Part shown: in pieces, positions 1 to 8,882 of the stretch | Layout of the letters: the number at the start of each line of letters is the position of its first letter | How positions within the stretch are numbered: position 1 is the stretch's first letter | Source: Chloroflexota bacterium | GTDB taxonomy: Bacteria; Chloroflexota; Dehalococcoidia; UBA2979 | Assembly (NCBI GenBank): GCA_947479915.1 | Contig: CANKAU010000001.1 | Location: forward strand, 21,957-85,956 | DNA length: 64,000 nucleotides | Direction: 5' to 3' | Made by a program: the position numbers and the translations under genes | The notes under the pieces: model-generated | What the model was told of the DNA's origin: nothing | The model's input: only the letters and a program-made list of their open reading frames with translations | Databases searched by the model: none

Positions 1-921
1 GACGATGGCGTGCGGTGAGTACGTGTACCCCTTCGCCTCGCGGATGTTCATGGTGATCCGCGAGTGGAACGACCCGCCGAGCAGCGAGTTCGTGACCTCG
101 AGCGCCACATAGTCCGGGTGCGTCGGATCCGGAACGCTGCGGCCCACATACACCGTGGACTGCTCCGCTCCCGGCCGGTCGACGAGGTGCAGGCTGCGTG
201 CCGCCGCAGGCGTCGGGCGGTTCGTCGAGGCTGCCGGGCCGGGCGTCCAGTTCTCGAACGCCGCGCGCCACGCCGCGACTGTCGCGTCCTCGTCGAACAG
301 GCCGCCGACCAGCAGCAGCGCCCGCTGCGCACCGACCTGCGACTCCCAGAACGCGCGCGCCATCGCCGCGTTGAAGGTATCGAAGGCGCTTGCCTCCGGG
401 ATCACGCGGCCGTACGGGTGGTCGCCGTACACCGCGGCGCGGAATGCGGCGAACGTGACGTATTGCGGCTGCGCCAGCGCGAGGTCGAGGCCACGGCGCA
501 GGTCGTTCAGCAGGCGCTCCGCCTCCGACTCCGGGAACCGCGGCGTGCGGGCCACCTCGGCCAGCAGCGCGATCGCCTCGGGCGCGCGCTCCGCGAGCAC
601 CTCCGTGCGGAGCACGGTCGTGTGCTCGTCGGCGTCGACGGTGAGTCGCCCGCCGAAGCCCGCGAGGGCGTCCGCGAACGCCGAGGCATCGCGCGCCTCG
701 GTGCCCTCGCGCAGGTAGTCGTGCACGAAGCGGTCAAGCCACGCCTGTCCCTTCGGGACGTCGGCTGATCCGGTGCGCAGCACGAGGCGCACGGAGGCCA
801 TGGGCACGGCGCCCGCCTGCACGAACGTGGCGCGCATCCCGTTAGCGAGACGCTGCTGGTTGCGCGGGAGGATCGTCGCGGTCGGCGGAGGGCCGAGGAC
901 GGGGCGAGGGTGCGTGGTCAT
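1..921 (-). CDS. M16-family peptidase, probable non-catalytic partner subunit (3' end runs off the window)
   Basis: Absent from the ORF track because it is truncated. My translation from ATG 921-919 (ATGA overlap with the stop of the upstream M16 gene) stays open to position 1: MTTHPRPVLGPPPTATILPRNQQRLANGMRATFVQ...GGSFHSRITMNIREAKGYTYSPHAIV. It looks M16-like, but the HxxEH site is replaced (FVHDYLREG). Confidence 0.75.
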   Translation of the reverse strand, partial: MTTHPRPVLGPPPTATILPRNQQRLANGMRATFVQAGAVPMASVRLVLRTGSADVPKGQAWLDRFVHDYLREGTEARDASAFADALAGFGGRLTVDADEHTTVLRTEVLAERAPEAIALLAEVARTPRFPESEAERLLNDLRRGLDLALAQPQYVTFAAFRAAVYGDHPYGRVIPEASAFDTFNAAMARAFWESQVGAQRALLLVGGLFDEDATVAAWRAAFENWTPGPAASTNRPTPAAARSLHLVDRPGAEQSTVYVGRSVPDPTHPDYVALEVTNSLLGGSFHSRITMNIREAKGYTYSPHAIV

Positions 922-2234
922 TCGGCGACTCCCGGCTCGACGACGAGCACTGTGCGGTTGGAGGTGCGCAGGTACTCGCGTGCGGTCTCCATCATCAGGT
1001 CCGGCGTGACCGCCGCGAACCGCTGCTCGATGGTGTTCACCTGCGCGGCGTCGTCCTCGAACAGCTCGAACGAGGCAAGGAGGTCGGCGCGGCCGAAGCC
1101 CGGGTAGTACTGGTCGTTGATCGTCTCGTACAACGAGGCGCGTGCCTTCACGAGCGCACGGTCGAGGACAGCCTGCGACAGCGGTTCGGTGCGCACGCGC
1201 TCGATCACCGCGTCGATCGCCTCGAGGATTTGGTCGGTGGTGACGTCCCGGTCGTGGATCAACTCGGCGGTCCACAGCAGCGGGGTCTGGCCGTTGTGCA
1301 TGTGGCCGAGGAAGTTGATGCCGCCGTCGATGCCGCCCGCGTACCCGCGACGGCTCACGATCTCCTGGTACAGGAGCGAGTCGTCACCCTGCAGCAGCAC
1401 CTGGTCCAGCAGGCCCAGCGCGTAGTACTCGCGCGATCCGCGCTCCGGCACGTGGTACGAGATCGCCAGCGCCGGCTTGTTCGCGAGCGCGTCGAGGTGG
1501 GAGACGCGGCGCTCTTCCTCCTGCCGCGGCTCGTCGATCGCGGCGGGCGCGGGACGCGGAGCGGCGGGGATCTCCTCGAAGTAGCGACGGATCAGCTCCA
1601 TCGCCTGCGCCTCTTGCACGTCACCGACGACGACGAGGACGGCGTTTGCGGGCGAATAGTAGGAATTGAAGAAGGACTGCACGTCCTCGAGGCTCGCGGC
1701 GTCGAGGTCGGCCATGTCGCCGTACCCGTTGTGGCTGTTGTGCCAGTTGGTGAACGCCGCCGCCTGCATGTCGATCCACGGGAAGGAGCCGTAGGGGCGA
1801 TTGAGGACGTTGACGCGGATCTCGTTCTTCACCACGTCCCGCTGGTTGTCGAGCTCCGCTTGCGTGATGACGGGGCCGCGCATGCGGTCAGCCTCCATCC
1901 ACAGCGCGAGGTCGAGGGTGTGCGCGGGCATCGCTTCGAAGTAGTTGGTGTAGTCGTACCTCGTGGAACCGTTGAGGTTGCCGCCGTTCGCCTGAACGAG
2001 AGCGGCGATCTCCATCTTCGCCATCGACTCGGAGCCCTGGAACATCAGGTGCTCGAAGAGATGGGCGAAGCCGGTGCGGCCGCGCGGTTCGAGGCGCATG
2101 CCAACGTGGTAGTAGACCGCGACGCAGATGATGGGGGCGGAATGATCCGCCGACAGCACGACGCGCAGCCCGTTCGCCAGCGTGTGCCGCTGGACGGGGA
2201 GTTGCAGGTCGAAGGCACGTTCACGAGTCGTCAC
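918..2234 (-). CDS. M16-family zinc metallopeptidase (insulinase/pitrilysin-like), catalytic subunit
   Basis: 438-aa ORF with the inverted zinc motif HxxEH (GFAHLFEHLMFQGS) near the N-terminus. GTG start at 2234 with GGGAG 7 nt upstream. Its stop overlaps the start of the downstream M16 partner. Confidence 0.9.
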   Translation of the reverse strand: MTTRERAFDLQLPVQRHTLANGLRVVLSADHSAPIICVAVYYHVGMRLEPRGRTGFAHLFEHLMFQGSESMAKMEIAALVQANGGNLNGSTRYDYTNYFEAMPAHTLDLALWMEADRMRGPVITQAELDNQRDVVKNEIRVNVLNRPYGSFPWIDMQAAAFTNWHNSHNGYGDMADLDAASLEDVQSFFNSYYSPANAVLVVVGDVQEAQAMELIRRYFEEIPAAPRPAPAAIDEPRQEEERRVSHLDALANKPALAISYHVPERGSREYYALGLLDQVLLQGDDSLLYQEIVSRRGYAGGIDGGINFLGHMHNGQTPLLWTAELIHDRDVTTDQILEAIDAVIERVRTEPLSQAVLDRALVKARASLYETINDQYYPGFGRADLLASFELFEDDAAQVNTIEQRFAAVTPDLMMETAREYLRTSNRTVLVVEPGVAE

Positions 2235-2343
2235 GCGAGGGCTCCCGCCGGTGCTTCGGCGCCGATCGCTCGAAGGGCATCCATCGTAGCGTGGGCCGCG
2301 CGCGCCGGGTCAACCGCGCGTGCGCAGGCGCGTGTCAAGGGGC

Positions 2344-3288
2344 CTAGCGCGCTGGCGCTTCGAGCGCGCGCTTGATCGCGGTCTCAAGCTCCGCGCGCGG
2401 CACGAACGCCTCGAACCGCCCGGCGATCGCGCCAGTGCTGTCGATGACGAATGTCCACTCGTCGGTGCGCAGTCCCCACTCCTTGAGCAGCGGCGATCGT
2501 TGCGCGCGCTTCAAGTCGCCGTTGATCTCGTGCGGGTTCTGGAACAGATCGACGTGCGCGAAGTCCACGCGGTCGCCGTACAGCTTCACGAGGTCCGAGG
2601 CATCCTCGACCTGTGGCCCGCAGAGCGGCGTGGTGCAGAACGCGGGGCTCGCGAAGATCACGACCATCGGCCGGTGCGCCGCGAGGCTGTCCGCGATGCG
2701 GTGCTGGTACAGCGCCGGATCCGGCGCGCTGCCCGAGGTGAGACGGTCGAGCGAAGACACGTCCGAGGCGATGCGGCTCTTGCTCCTCGGTGCGCTCGCG
2801 CCGACCACCGGCGCGGTCGCGCGCTCGGCGACCGTGACCGGGATCGCGACGCGCGCGATGGTACCGTCCGGTCGCGGTACGGCGGCGGTGAGCGTCCACT
2901 TCCCGGCGCGATCGAAGGTGAACGGGGCGGTGTATAGGCCGCGAATGCCGTCCGGGAACGCGAAGAACTTCGCCTCCACCTGCTGCGAGGGCGCCTCGGA
3001 CGCCGCGCTCCCCGGGCGTCGCGATTCGAGCGCGACGATGGGGAAGCGGATCAGCCCGGTGCGATCGTTGAGCGCCACGGCCACGCGGAACGTCCCGACG
3101 CCGAGGTCCGGCGTGCCGAGGATCGCAGTGATGCCGGAGGCCTCGTCACGGAACGTGGGGTACGCGCTCCCCAGCGGGTCGTTCGGCTTCGACAGCCCGA
3201 GCGCACTGCATCCCGCCAGCACGACGCCGACGAGGATGGTCGAGGCGACGAGGAGCATCGATCGCGCCGACGGCAGCGGGCGGGTCAT
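2344..3288 (-). CDS. Lipoprotein with a C-terminal thioredoxin-fold domain (CxxxxC)
   Basis: 314-aa ORF. Signal peptide plus lipobox (VGVVLAGC). A beta-rich N-terminal region is followed by a redoxin-like segment, VVIFASPAFCTTPLCGP. ATGA overlap with the upstream gene at 3285-3288. Confidence 0.7.
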   Translation of the reverse strand: MTRPLPSARSMLLVASTILVGVVLAGCSALGLSKPNDPLGSAYPTFRDEASGITAILGTPDLGVGTFRVAVALNDRTGLIRFPIVALESRRPGSAASEAPSQQVEAKFFAFPDGIRGLYTAPFTFDRAGKWTLTAAVPRPDGTIARVAIPVTVAERATAPVVGASAPRSKSRIASDVSSLDRLTSGSAPDPALYQHRIADSLAAHRPMVVIFASPAFCTTPLCGPQVEDASDLVKLYGDRVDFAHVDLFQNPHEINGDLKRAQRSPLLKEWGLRTDEWTFVIDSTGAIAGRFEAFVPRAELETAIKRALEAPAR

Positions 3289-4445
3289 GAGCCCGCCGTG
3301 TAGATGCCGAAGGTGAGTGCGTACATCGCGAAGTCCATGGAGTTCGACCGCAGCTTCAGTTCATGGTCGGCCAGCGCGGGCAGGATCGCCAGCGAGTACA
3401 TCCGCGGCTCCTGCACCTTCACGATGCTCCGCCCCCCGGCGTCGAAGGTGATGTCCAGCCCGGCCTCGTCCCGGCGCAGAGGGCGACCGTCGATCTCTAC
3501 GATCACCTCGTACGCCGCGCCGGTGAGGCGCGGCTGCATGACCGCGTTCACACTGCGCGCGTGGAACGCGAACGCCAGGTAGTCCTCCAGGTTCTGCGTG
3601 GCGCGCGCGTGGACGATCGCCTCGCGTTCGTTCGTCCAGCGGCCCTGCAGGTACCACACGTCGGCGGCGCGCGGCCCCGTTCCGTCCGAGTAGTCCTGCA
3701 CCAGGTCCGGGCCCTTGTAGTACGCGTTCTGCGCCGCGTACGCGCCGCGCGGGTGGAAGTTGCGCTCGTAGCCGCCGTACAGCTCGCGCGTGATGCTGGT
3801 CGCCTTCGGGTCGCGCGACGGCTCCGGTAGGCCGCCAGAGGGGATTGCACTCACGTCGTGGCCGGCGGCGGTGAGTGCCTCGCGGATCGCGCGCTCGGTG
3901 CCTTCGTAGTTGCCCTCGCCGGTGTGCGTGAACCGCACCTGCCCGTCCGCGGTCACCAGGTACTTCGCCGGCCAGGCGTTGTTTTCGAATGCGTCCCACG
4001 TCTTCATCTCGTTGTCGAGCGCGACCGGGTAGGTGATGCCGTTCGCCTCGACGGCGCGGCGCACGTTGCCGGCGTCGTGCTCGAAGTCGAACTCGGGCGC
4101 GTGCACGCCGATGATCGTGAGTCCGGCGGCGGCGTAGCGCGCGTGCCACTGCTTCAGGTACGGCAACGTGCGGATGCAGTTCACGCAGGTGTACGTCCAG
4201 AAGTCGACGAGGACCACGCGCTTCTCGGCGCGCAGCGCCGCCAGCGTGAGGGGCGCGCTGTTTGTCCACTCGGTCAGCCCGGCAAGCTCCGGGGCCGGGT
4301 GGCCGCCCGCGCTGGCGCCCCCCCCGCCGATTGGGGTGGGGCCGCCGGGACGTGGCGTGCACGCGATCAGGCTCGCCCCGAGCACGGCCATCGCCGCGAG
4401 CGCAGCCACGGCGGCCCAGCGCGAGGGCAGGGGACGTCGGGGCAT
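3285..4445 (-). CDS. Secreted or membrane-anchored thioredoxin-like protein with a DipZ-C-terminal-like domain
   Basis: Only the C-terminal 386 aa of the 722-aa track ORF. Start set at ATG 4445 (MPRRPLPSRWAAVAALAAMAVLGASLIAC). CxxC redox motif DFWTYTCVNCIRTLPYL. The rest of the track ORF is antisense to the gene at 4560-5147. Confidence 0.8.
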   Translation of the reverse strand: MPRRPLPSRWAAVAALAAMAVLGASLIACTPRPGGPTPIGGGGASAGGHPAPELAGLTEWTNSAPLTLAALRAEKRVVLVDFWTYTCVNCIRTLPYLKQWHARYAAAGLTIIGVHAPEFDFEHDAGNVRRAVEANGITYPVALDNEMKTWDAFENNAWPAKYLVTADGQVRFTHTGEGNYEGTERAIREALTAAGHDVSAIPSGGLPEPSRDPKATSITRELYGGYERNFHPRGAYAAQNAYYKGPDLVQDYSDGTGPRAADVWYLQGRWTNEREAIVHARATQNLEDYLAFAFHARSVNAVMQPRLTGAAYEVIVEIDGRPLRRDEAGLDITFDAGGRSIVKVQEPRMYSLAILPALADHELKLRSNSMDFAMYALTFGIYTAGS

Positions 4446-4559
4446 CGGTCGACCTTCCGTGGCGTGGTGGTCGCTCGATGGTACGTGATCCTCGGGCCCC
4501 GGCGAGCCGGAAGGGTACGGTCGGCCCGCGAGATTGCGTCGGCTGCTATTCTCCCCGCC

Positions 4560-5147
4560 ATGCGCATCGGACTCATCACTGACACCCATCAACCCAACGA
4601 CCAGCGGACGCTGTGGCCGGAGGTCGTGGAGGCCTTCAAGGACTGCGACCTGATCATGCACGGGGGGGACATCGTCCACCCCATGGTCCTCGACTGGCTG
4701 GAGGCGATCGCGCCCACGATCGCGTGCCGCGGCAACAACGACGTCGGCTGGGACGACCCCCGCATGGAGGAGATCGTCCGCATCGAGGTCGAAGGCGTGA
4801 AGATCGCGATGGTGCACGCGATGGAGCCCGAGAACCGGCCCATCGAGGTGCTGCGACGCCTCTACCTGGAGGACGTGCACGCCGACATCATCGTGACCGG
4901 CGACACGCACTTCGAGCGGATCGACTTCCGCGAGGGCGTGCTGCAGGTGAACTCCGGCAGCGCGACGCTCCCGCACCTGTGGTCGACCCGCCTGGGCACG
5001 GTCGGGTTCATCGAGATCAAAGACGGCCGGGTCGAGGCGTACATCAAGAAGCTCGGTGAGACCGAGGGGCGTCGCAACCCCGGCATTGAGTACAGCTACA
5101 CGCCGGAGACCGGCGTCATCAAGCACGAGCCCGCGCCGACGGCCTAG
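4560..5147 (+). CDS. Metallophosphoesterase, YfcE/MJ0936 family
   Basis: 195 aa from ATG 4560 (MRIGLITDTH). Calcineurin-like phosphoesterase motifs in order: DTH, HGGD, RGNND, VTGDTH. Confidence 0.8.
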   Translation: MRIGLITDTHQPNDQRTLWPEVVEAFKDCDLIMHGGDIVHPMVLDWLEAIAPTIACRGNNDVGWDDPRMEEIVRIEVEGVKIAMVHAMEPENRPIEVLRRLYLEDVHADIIVTGDTHFERIDFREGVLQVNSGSATLPHLWSTRLGTVGFIEIKDGRVEAYIKKLGETEGRRNPGIEYSYTPETGVIKHEPAPTA

Positions 5148-5175
5148 CCGCGGCGAGATCACGAACGGACGCCCG

Positions 5176-6051
5176 ATGAAGCCCCGCGAGCGACTGCAGT
5201 ACAGCGCGATGCCCGATCGCGAGCCGCTGCGGCTCCCGGACGGGGCGCGGATCGTGGTCTGGCCGATCGTGAACGTTGAGAACTGGGACATCGAAGGTCC
5301 CATGCCCCGCACGGTGCTGCCGCCGCCGATGGGCGGCACACTGCTGCCCGACCTGCCGAACTGGGCGTGGCAGGAGTACGGGATGCGCGTGGGCTTCTGG
5401 CGCCTGCTGGACGCCCTCCAGAGCCGCGACATCAAGGCGACGCTGTCGATCAACGGCTCGGTCTGCGATGTCTACCCGCGCCTCGCGGGCGCCGCGCACG
5501 AGGCCGGCTGGGAGTTCATGGGCCACTCGCAGGTCCAGCGCCCCATGCACCTCGTCGAGGATCAGCGCGCCGCCATCCGCGAGTGCGTGGAGTCGATCAC
5601 CCGGCTCACGGGGAAGCGACCGCGCGGTTGGCTTGGCCCGGGCCTCACGGAGACGTTCGACACGCCGGATCACCTCGCCGCGGAGGGGTTCGAGTACATC
5701 GCCGACTGGGTGATGGACGACCAGCCGCAGGAAATCGCCACGACCCACGGGCCGCTGGTTACGCTCCCGTACAGTGTGGAACTGAACGACATTCCGATGA
5801 TGATGGTGCAGCACCACACGGCCCGCGAGCTCTACGACCGCACCATGGACCAGTTCACCCGGCTCTACGCGGAGGGCGAGCAGTCCGCTCGGATCATGGG
5901 CATCGCCGTGCACCCGTACATCACCGGCGTGCCCCACCGGATCGGCTACTTCGAGCGGCTGCTGGACGAGATCAAGCAGCAGCCCGGCGTGCTGTTCTGG
6001 ACGGGTGACCAGATCCTCGACTGGTACCGGGGCGAGCGCCCGGCGCGTTGA
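5176..6051 (+). CDS. Polysaccharide deacetylase-family protein (PuuE/allantoinase-like)
   Basis: 291 aa from ATG 5176 (MKPRERLQYSAMPDREPL...). The layout is typical of NodB-fold or PuuE-type deacetylases (VNVENWD..., SINGSV..., WEFMGHS..., LPYSVELNDIP). The assignment rests on overall resemblance only. Confidence 0.7.
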   Translation: MKPRERLQYSAMPDREPLRLPDGARIVVWPIVNVENWDIEGPMPRTVLPPPMGGTLLPDLPNWAWQEYGMRVGFWRLLDALQSRDIKATLSINGSVCDVYPRLAGAAHEAGWEFMGHSQVQRPMHLVEDQRAAIRECVESITRLTGKRPRGWLGPGLTETFDTPDHLAAEGFEYIADWVMDDQPQEIATTHGPLVTLPYSVELNDIPMMMVQHHTARELYDRTMDQFTRLYAEGEQSARIMGIAVHPYITGVPHRIGYFERLLDEIKQQPGVLFWTGDQILDWYRGERPAR

Positions 6052-7049
6052 CCGTGGTCCGGTATATCCCGACCGACCCCTTCGCTCCGCGGCTGACCGA
6101 TGCACCGGGCGAGCGCTACGTCCTCGCGATCGACATCGGCGGCACCGGCATGCGAGTCGCCGTCGTGGACCGCGGCGGGTGGTCGCTCGCCCGCGCCCGC
6201 ATCCCGACGCAGCCTCAATGGGGCCTGATCGACGCTACGGCACGCCTCGAAGCACTCATGCGCGAAGTGATGTTCGAGGTGGGCGAGGTCGAGATCGGCG
6301 CCATCGGCATCTCCACTGCTGGCCCGGTGGATCCGACCACCGGCATCTACCGTCATCCGCCGAACCTCCCCGGCTGGCACGGGCTGTCGATGATCCCCGC
6401 GCTCGCGGCATCCTTCGGGCTGCCCGTGGTGCTCGGGCACGACGCGACGCTCGCCGCGCTCGCAGAAACGCGCTTCGGCACCCATCGAGGCGCGCGGGAC
6501 CTCGTCTACCTCACGCTCAGCACCGGCATCGGCGCGGGGATCGTGGCCGGCGGGCGGCCCGTCACCGGCAGCACGGGCGGTGCAGGCGAGGCGGGCCACC
6601 TCATCGTCCAGCCCGGCGGCCCCTCCTGCGGCGCGGGCTGCCGAGGTTGCCTGGAGGGCGTCGCCAGCGGATCCGCGATCGCCCGCGCGGCCTCCGAGGC
6701 GCCGGCGGGCGGGTTGGAGACCTCGCTGACCGCTGACGCTGACGCCGCAGCGGTGTTTGCGGCGGCGGAGGTGGGCGACGCCGTCGCGCGGGAGATCGTC
6801 GGGGCCGCCATCGAGGGCATCGCCACCGGCCTCGCGGGACTGCTCGCGCTGCTCGATCCCGAGGCGATCGTGGTCGGCGGGGGGCTCGTCGCGGGCCTCG
6901 ACTCGTGGTGGGACGCGCTCCTGGACCGGACGCGCGAGATCGCGCTGCCGCGTTACGGGGACGGCGTGCCGGTCGAGCGGACGACGCTGGGCGACGATGC
7001 GAGCCTGCTCGGGGCGTCGCTGATCGCGTTCGAGGCCGTCGGCGGGTAG
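6048..7049 (+). CDS. ROK-family sugar kinase (glucokinase-like)
   Basis: 333-aa ORF. N-terminal ATP-binding motif LAIDIGGTGMRVAVVD and ROK cysteine motif SCGAGCRGCLEGVASG. Start is ambiguous (TTG 6048 or GTG 6054) and overlaps the preceding stop. Confidence 0.8.
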   Translation: MTVVRYIPTDPFAPRLTDAPGERYVLAIDIGGTGMRVAVVDRGGWSLARARIPTQPQWGLIDATARLEALMREVMFEVGEVEIGAIGISTAGPVDPTTGIYRHPPNLPGWHGLSMIPALAASFGLPVVLGHDATLAALAETRFGTHRGARDLVYLTLSTGIGAGIVAGGRPVTGSTGGAGEAGHLIVQPGGPSCGAGCRGCLEGVASGSAIARAASEAPAGGLETSLTADADAAAVFAAAEVGDAVAREIVGAAIEGIATGLAGLLALLDPEAIVVGGGLVAGLDSWWDALLDRTREIALPRYGDGVPVERTTLGDDASLLGASLIAFEAVGG

Positions 7050-7058
7050 CCTGTAGAC

Positions 7059-8663
7059 ATGATCTATGCGGAGAACGTCTCGCGCTCCTTCGGGGGCGAC
7101 CATGTGCTGCGTGACATCTCGTTCGCCATCGGCGACGGGGAGCGCGTCGGGCTGGTCGGCCCGAACGGTGCCGGCAAGTCCACCCTGATGCGCCTCATCG
7201 CCGGCGATGACGAGCCGGACGAGGGGCGCGCCGGGGTCCGCGGCGGCGACTTCGAGTTCCACCGCCAAGAGGCGAACCTCGACGAGCGCCACACGCTGGT
7301 CGAGGAGATGTGGACCGCGTTCCCCGAGGCGCGCGCGATCGAGCGCGAGCTGGAGGAGGTCGCGGCCGCGATCGAGAGCGGCGAGGGTGACCTCGACGAG
7401 CTGATCGAGCGCCAGACGCACCTCTTCGAGCGCTTCGAGGCGCTGGACGGCTATCGCATCGACCGCCGCATCGGCCGCGTCTTGGACGGCCTCGGCTTCG
7501 CGTTGGACGACCGCACGAAGCGCTGCGGCCAGTTCTCCGGTGGCTGGCGCATGCGCATCGGCCTCGCGAAGGTGCTGGTGCACCGCCCGCCGAACATCAT
7601 GCTCGACGAGCCGACCAACCACCTCGACGTCGCGGCACGCGACTGGCTCGCGCTCGAGCTCGCCGAGTACAAGGGCGCCGTGCTGCTGGTCACGCACGAC
7701 TCCGAGTTCCACGACGTGGTCGTGAACCGGATCCTCGAGCTGCGCGACGGCCGCGTGGACTCCTATAGCGGCAACTTCTCCGACTACCAGCGCCAGAAGG
7801 CCGAGCGCATCTCCCAGCAGCAGCGCGCCGCCGCGCGCCAGGAGCGCGAGATCACGAAGCAGACGCGCTTCATCGAGCGCTTCGGTGCGAAGGCGACGAA
7901 GGCGACCGCCGTGAAGTCCCGCGAGAAGCAGCTCGCGCGCATCGAGCGCGTCGAGGTGCAGCGCGACGAGCGCGAGGTCGGCTTCCAGTTGCAGGCCTCG
8001 GGCCGCACGGAGCTCGACGTGCTCAACGCCCAGCACATCGCCATGACCTTCGGCGACCACGTGGTGCTGATCGACGCGAACCTCGAGGTCGAGCGCGGCC
8101 AGAAGGTCGTACTCCTCGGCCCGAACGGCAGCGGGAAGTCCACGCTACTGAAGATCATCGCGGGGAAGCAGCAGCCGACGCAGGGCGTGGTGAACTGGTC
8201 ACAGCGCGTGCGCCTCGGCTACTACGACCAGCACCAGGACGAGGCGCTGCTGGCGGAGCGCACCATGCTGGACGAGGTGCGCGCGGTCGCGGGTGATCAG
8301 CCCGATGTCGCGCTGCGCTCGATCCTCGGACGCTTCCTGTTCCGCGGCGACGACGTGTTCAAGCCGATCTCGGTGCTGTCCGGTGGAGAGCGCAGCCGCG
8401 TCGCACTGGCCAAGTTCCTCATCGAGCCGTCCAACGTCCTGCTGCTGGACGAGCCGACCAACCACCTCGATGCTGCCACGCGCCGCAAGCTGGTCGAGGC
8501 GCTCGAGTCCTACGACGGCACGATCATCTGCGCCAGCCACGACCCCGCCATCCTCGAGCGGGTCGCCACGCGCGTGTACCAGATCGAGGGCGGCGAGTGC
8601 CGCGAGCTCGAGGAGTACCGCCGCGAGCCGGGCGAGAAGCGCAAGAAGGCCCGCGTCCAGTAG
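7059..8663 (+). CDS. ABC-F family ATPase (tandem ABC domains, no transmembrane domain)
   Basis: 534 aa. Two Walker A motifs (GPNGAGKSTL, GPNGSGKSTL), two ABC signatures (LSGGWRMR, LSGGERSR), and a charged inter-domain linker. Confidence 0.9.
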   Translation: MIYAENVSRSFGGDHVLRDISFAIGDGERVGLVGPNGAGKSTLMRLIAGDDEPDEGRAGVRGGDFEFHRQEANLDERHTLVEEMWTAFPEARAIERELEEVAAAIESGEGDLDELIERQTHLFERFEALDGYRIDRRIGRVLDGLGFALDDRTKRCGQFSGGWRMRIGLAKVLVHRPPNIMLDEPTNHLDVAARDWLALELAEYKGAVLLVTHDSEFHDVVVNRILELRDGRVDSYSGNFSDYQRQKAERISQQQRAAARQEREITKQTRFIERFGAKATKATAVKSREKQLARIERVEVQRDEREVGFQLQASGRTELDVLNAQHIAMTFGDHVVLIDANLEVERGQKVVLLGPNGSGKSTLLKIIAGKQQPTQGVVNWSQRVRLGYYDQHQDEALLAERTMLDEVRAVAGDQPDVALRSILGRFLFRGDDVFKPISVLSGGERSRVALAKFLIEPSNVLLLDEPTNHLDAATRRKLVEALESYDGTIICASHDPAILERVATRVYQIEGGECRELEEYRREPGEKRKKARVQ

Positions 8664-8853
8664 CCCCGGCCGTCGGCCCTCGACCGTCGAGGTGCGCGGA
8701 GACTCGTTCACGCTCGCACCGAGGCACCGTATCGGACGACCGAAGTCTGACAGCGCTGGCGCGTGCTTCGCGACGACGTGAGGGCGAGCGGGTGCCGCGA
8801 ACGCACCGGAATCGATGACTCGGGAGCGCGAAAGGCGGAGCCCTAGCATCCCA

Positions 8854-8878
8854 ACCCTCCCGCGCCGGGAGGGGCAGG
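8854..8878 (+). repeat. GC-rich hairpin motif (ccctccc-gcgcc-gggaggg + gcagg); second copy at 60441-60465 in opposite orientation
   Basis: accctcccgcgccgggaggggcagg here versus the reverse complement of 60441-60465, cccctcccgcgccgggaggggcagg (24/25 identical). It lies 5 nt downstream of the stop of the minus-strand gene at 8883-10184, so it may also act as a terminator. Confidence 0.6.
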
Positions 8879-8882
8879 AGGG

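Noticed and set aside
4446-5453. N-terminal 336 aa of the 722-aa minus-strand track ORF
   Set aside because: It overlaps the metallophosphoesterase and deacetylase genes in antisense. The signal peptide and thioredoxin motif start at the Met encoded at 4445.
5946-8060. 704-aa minus-strand ORF
   Set aside because: It is entirely antisense to the well-supported ROK kinase and ABC-F genes. It is Arg/Ala/Gly/Leu-rich, low-complexity and has no motifs, which is the usual open antisense frame of a ~70% GC genome.
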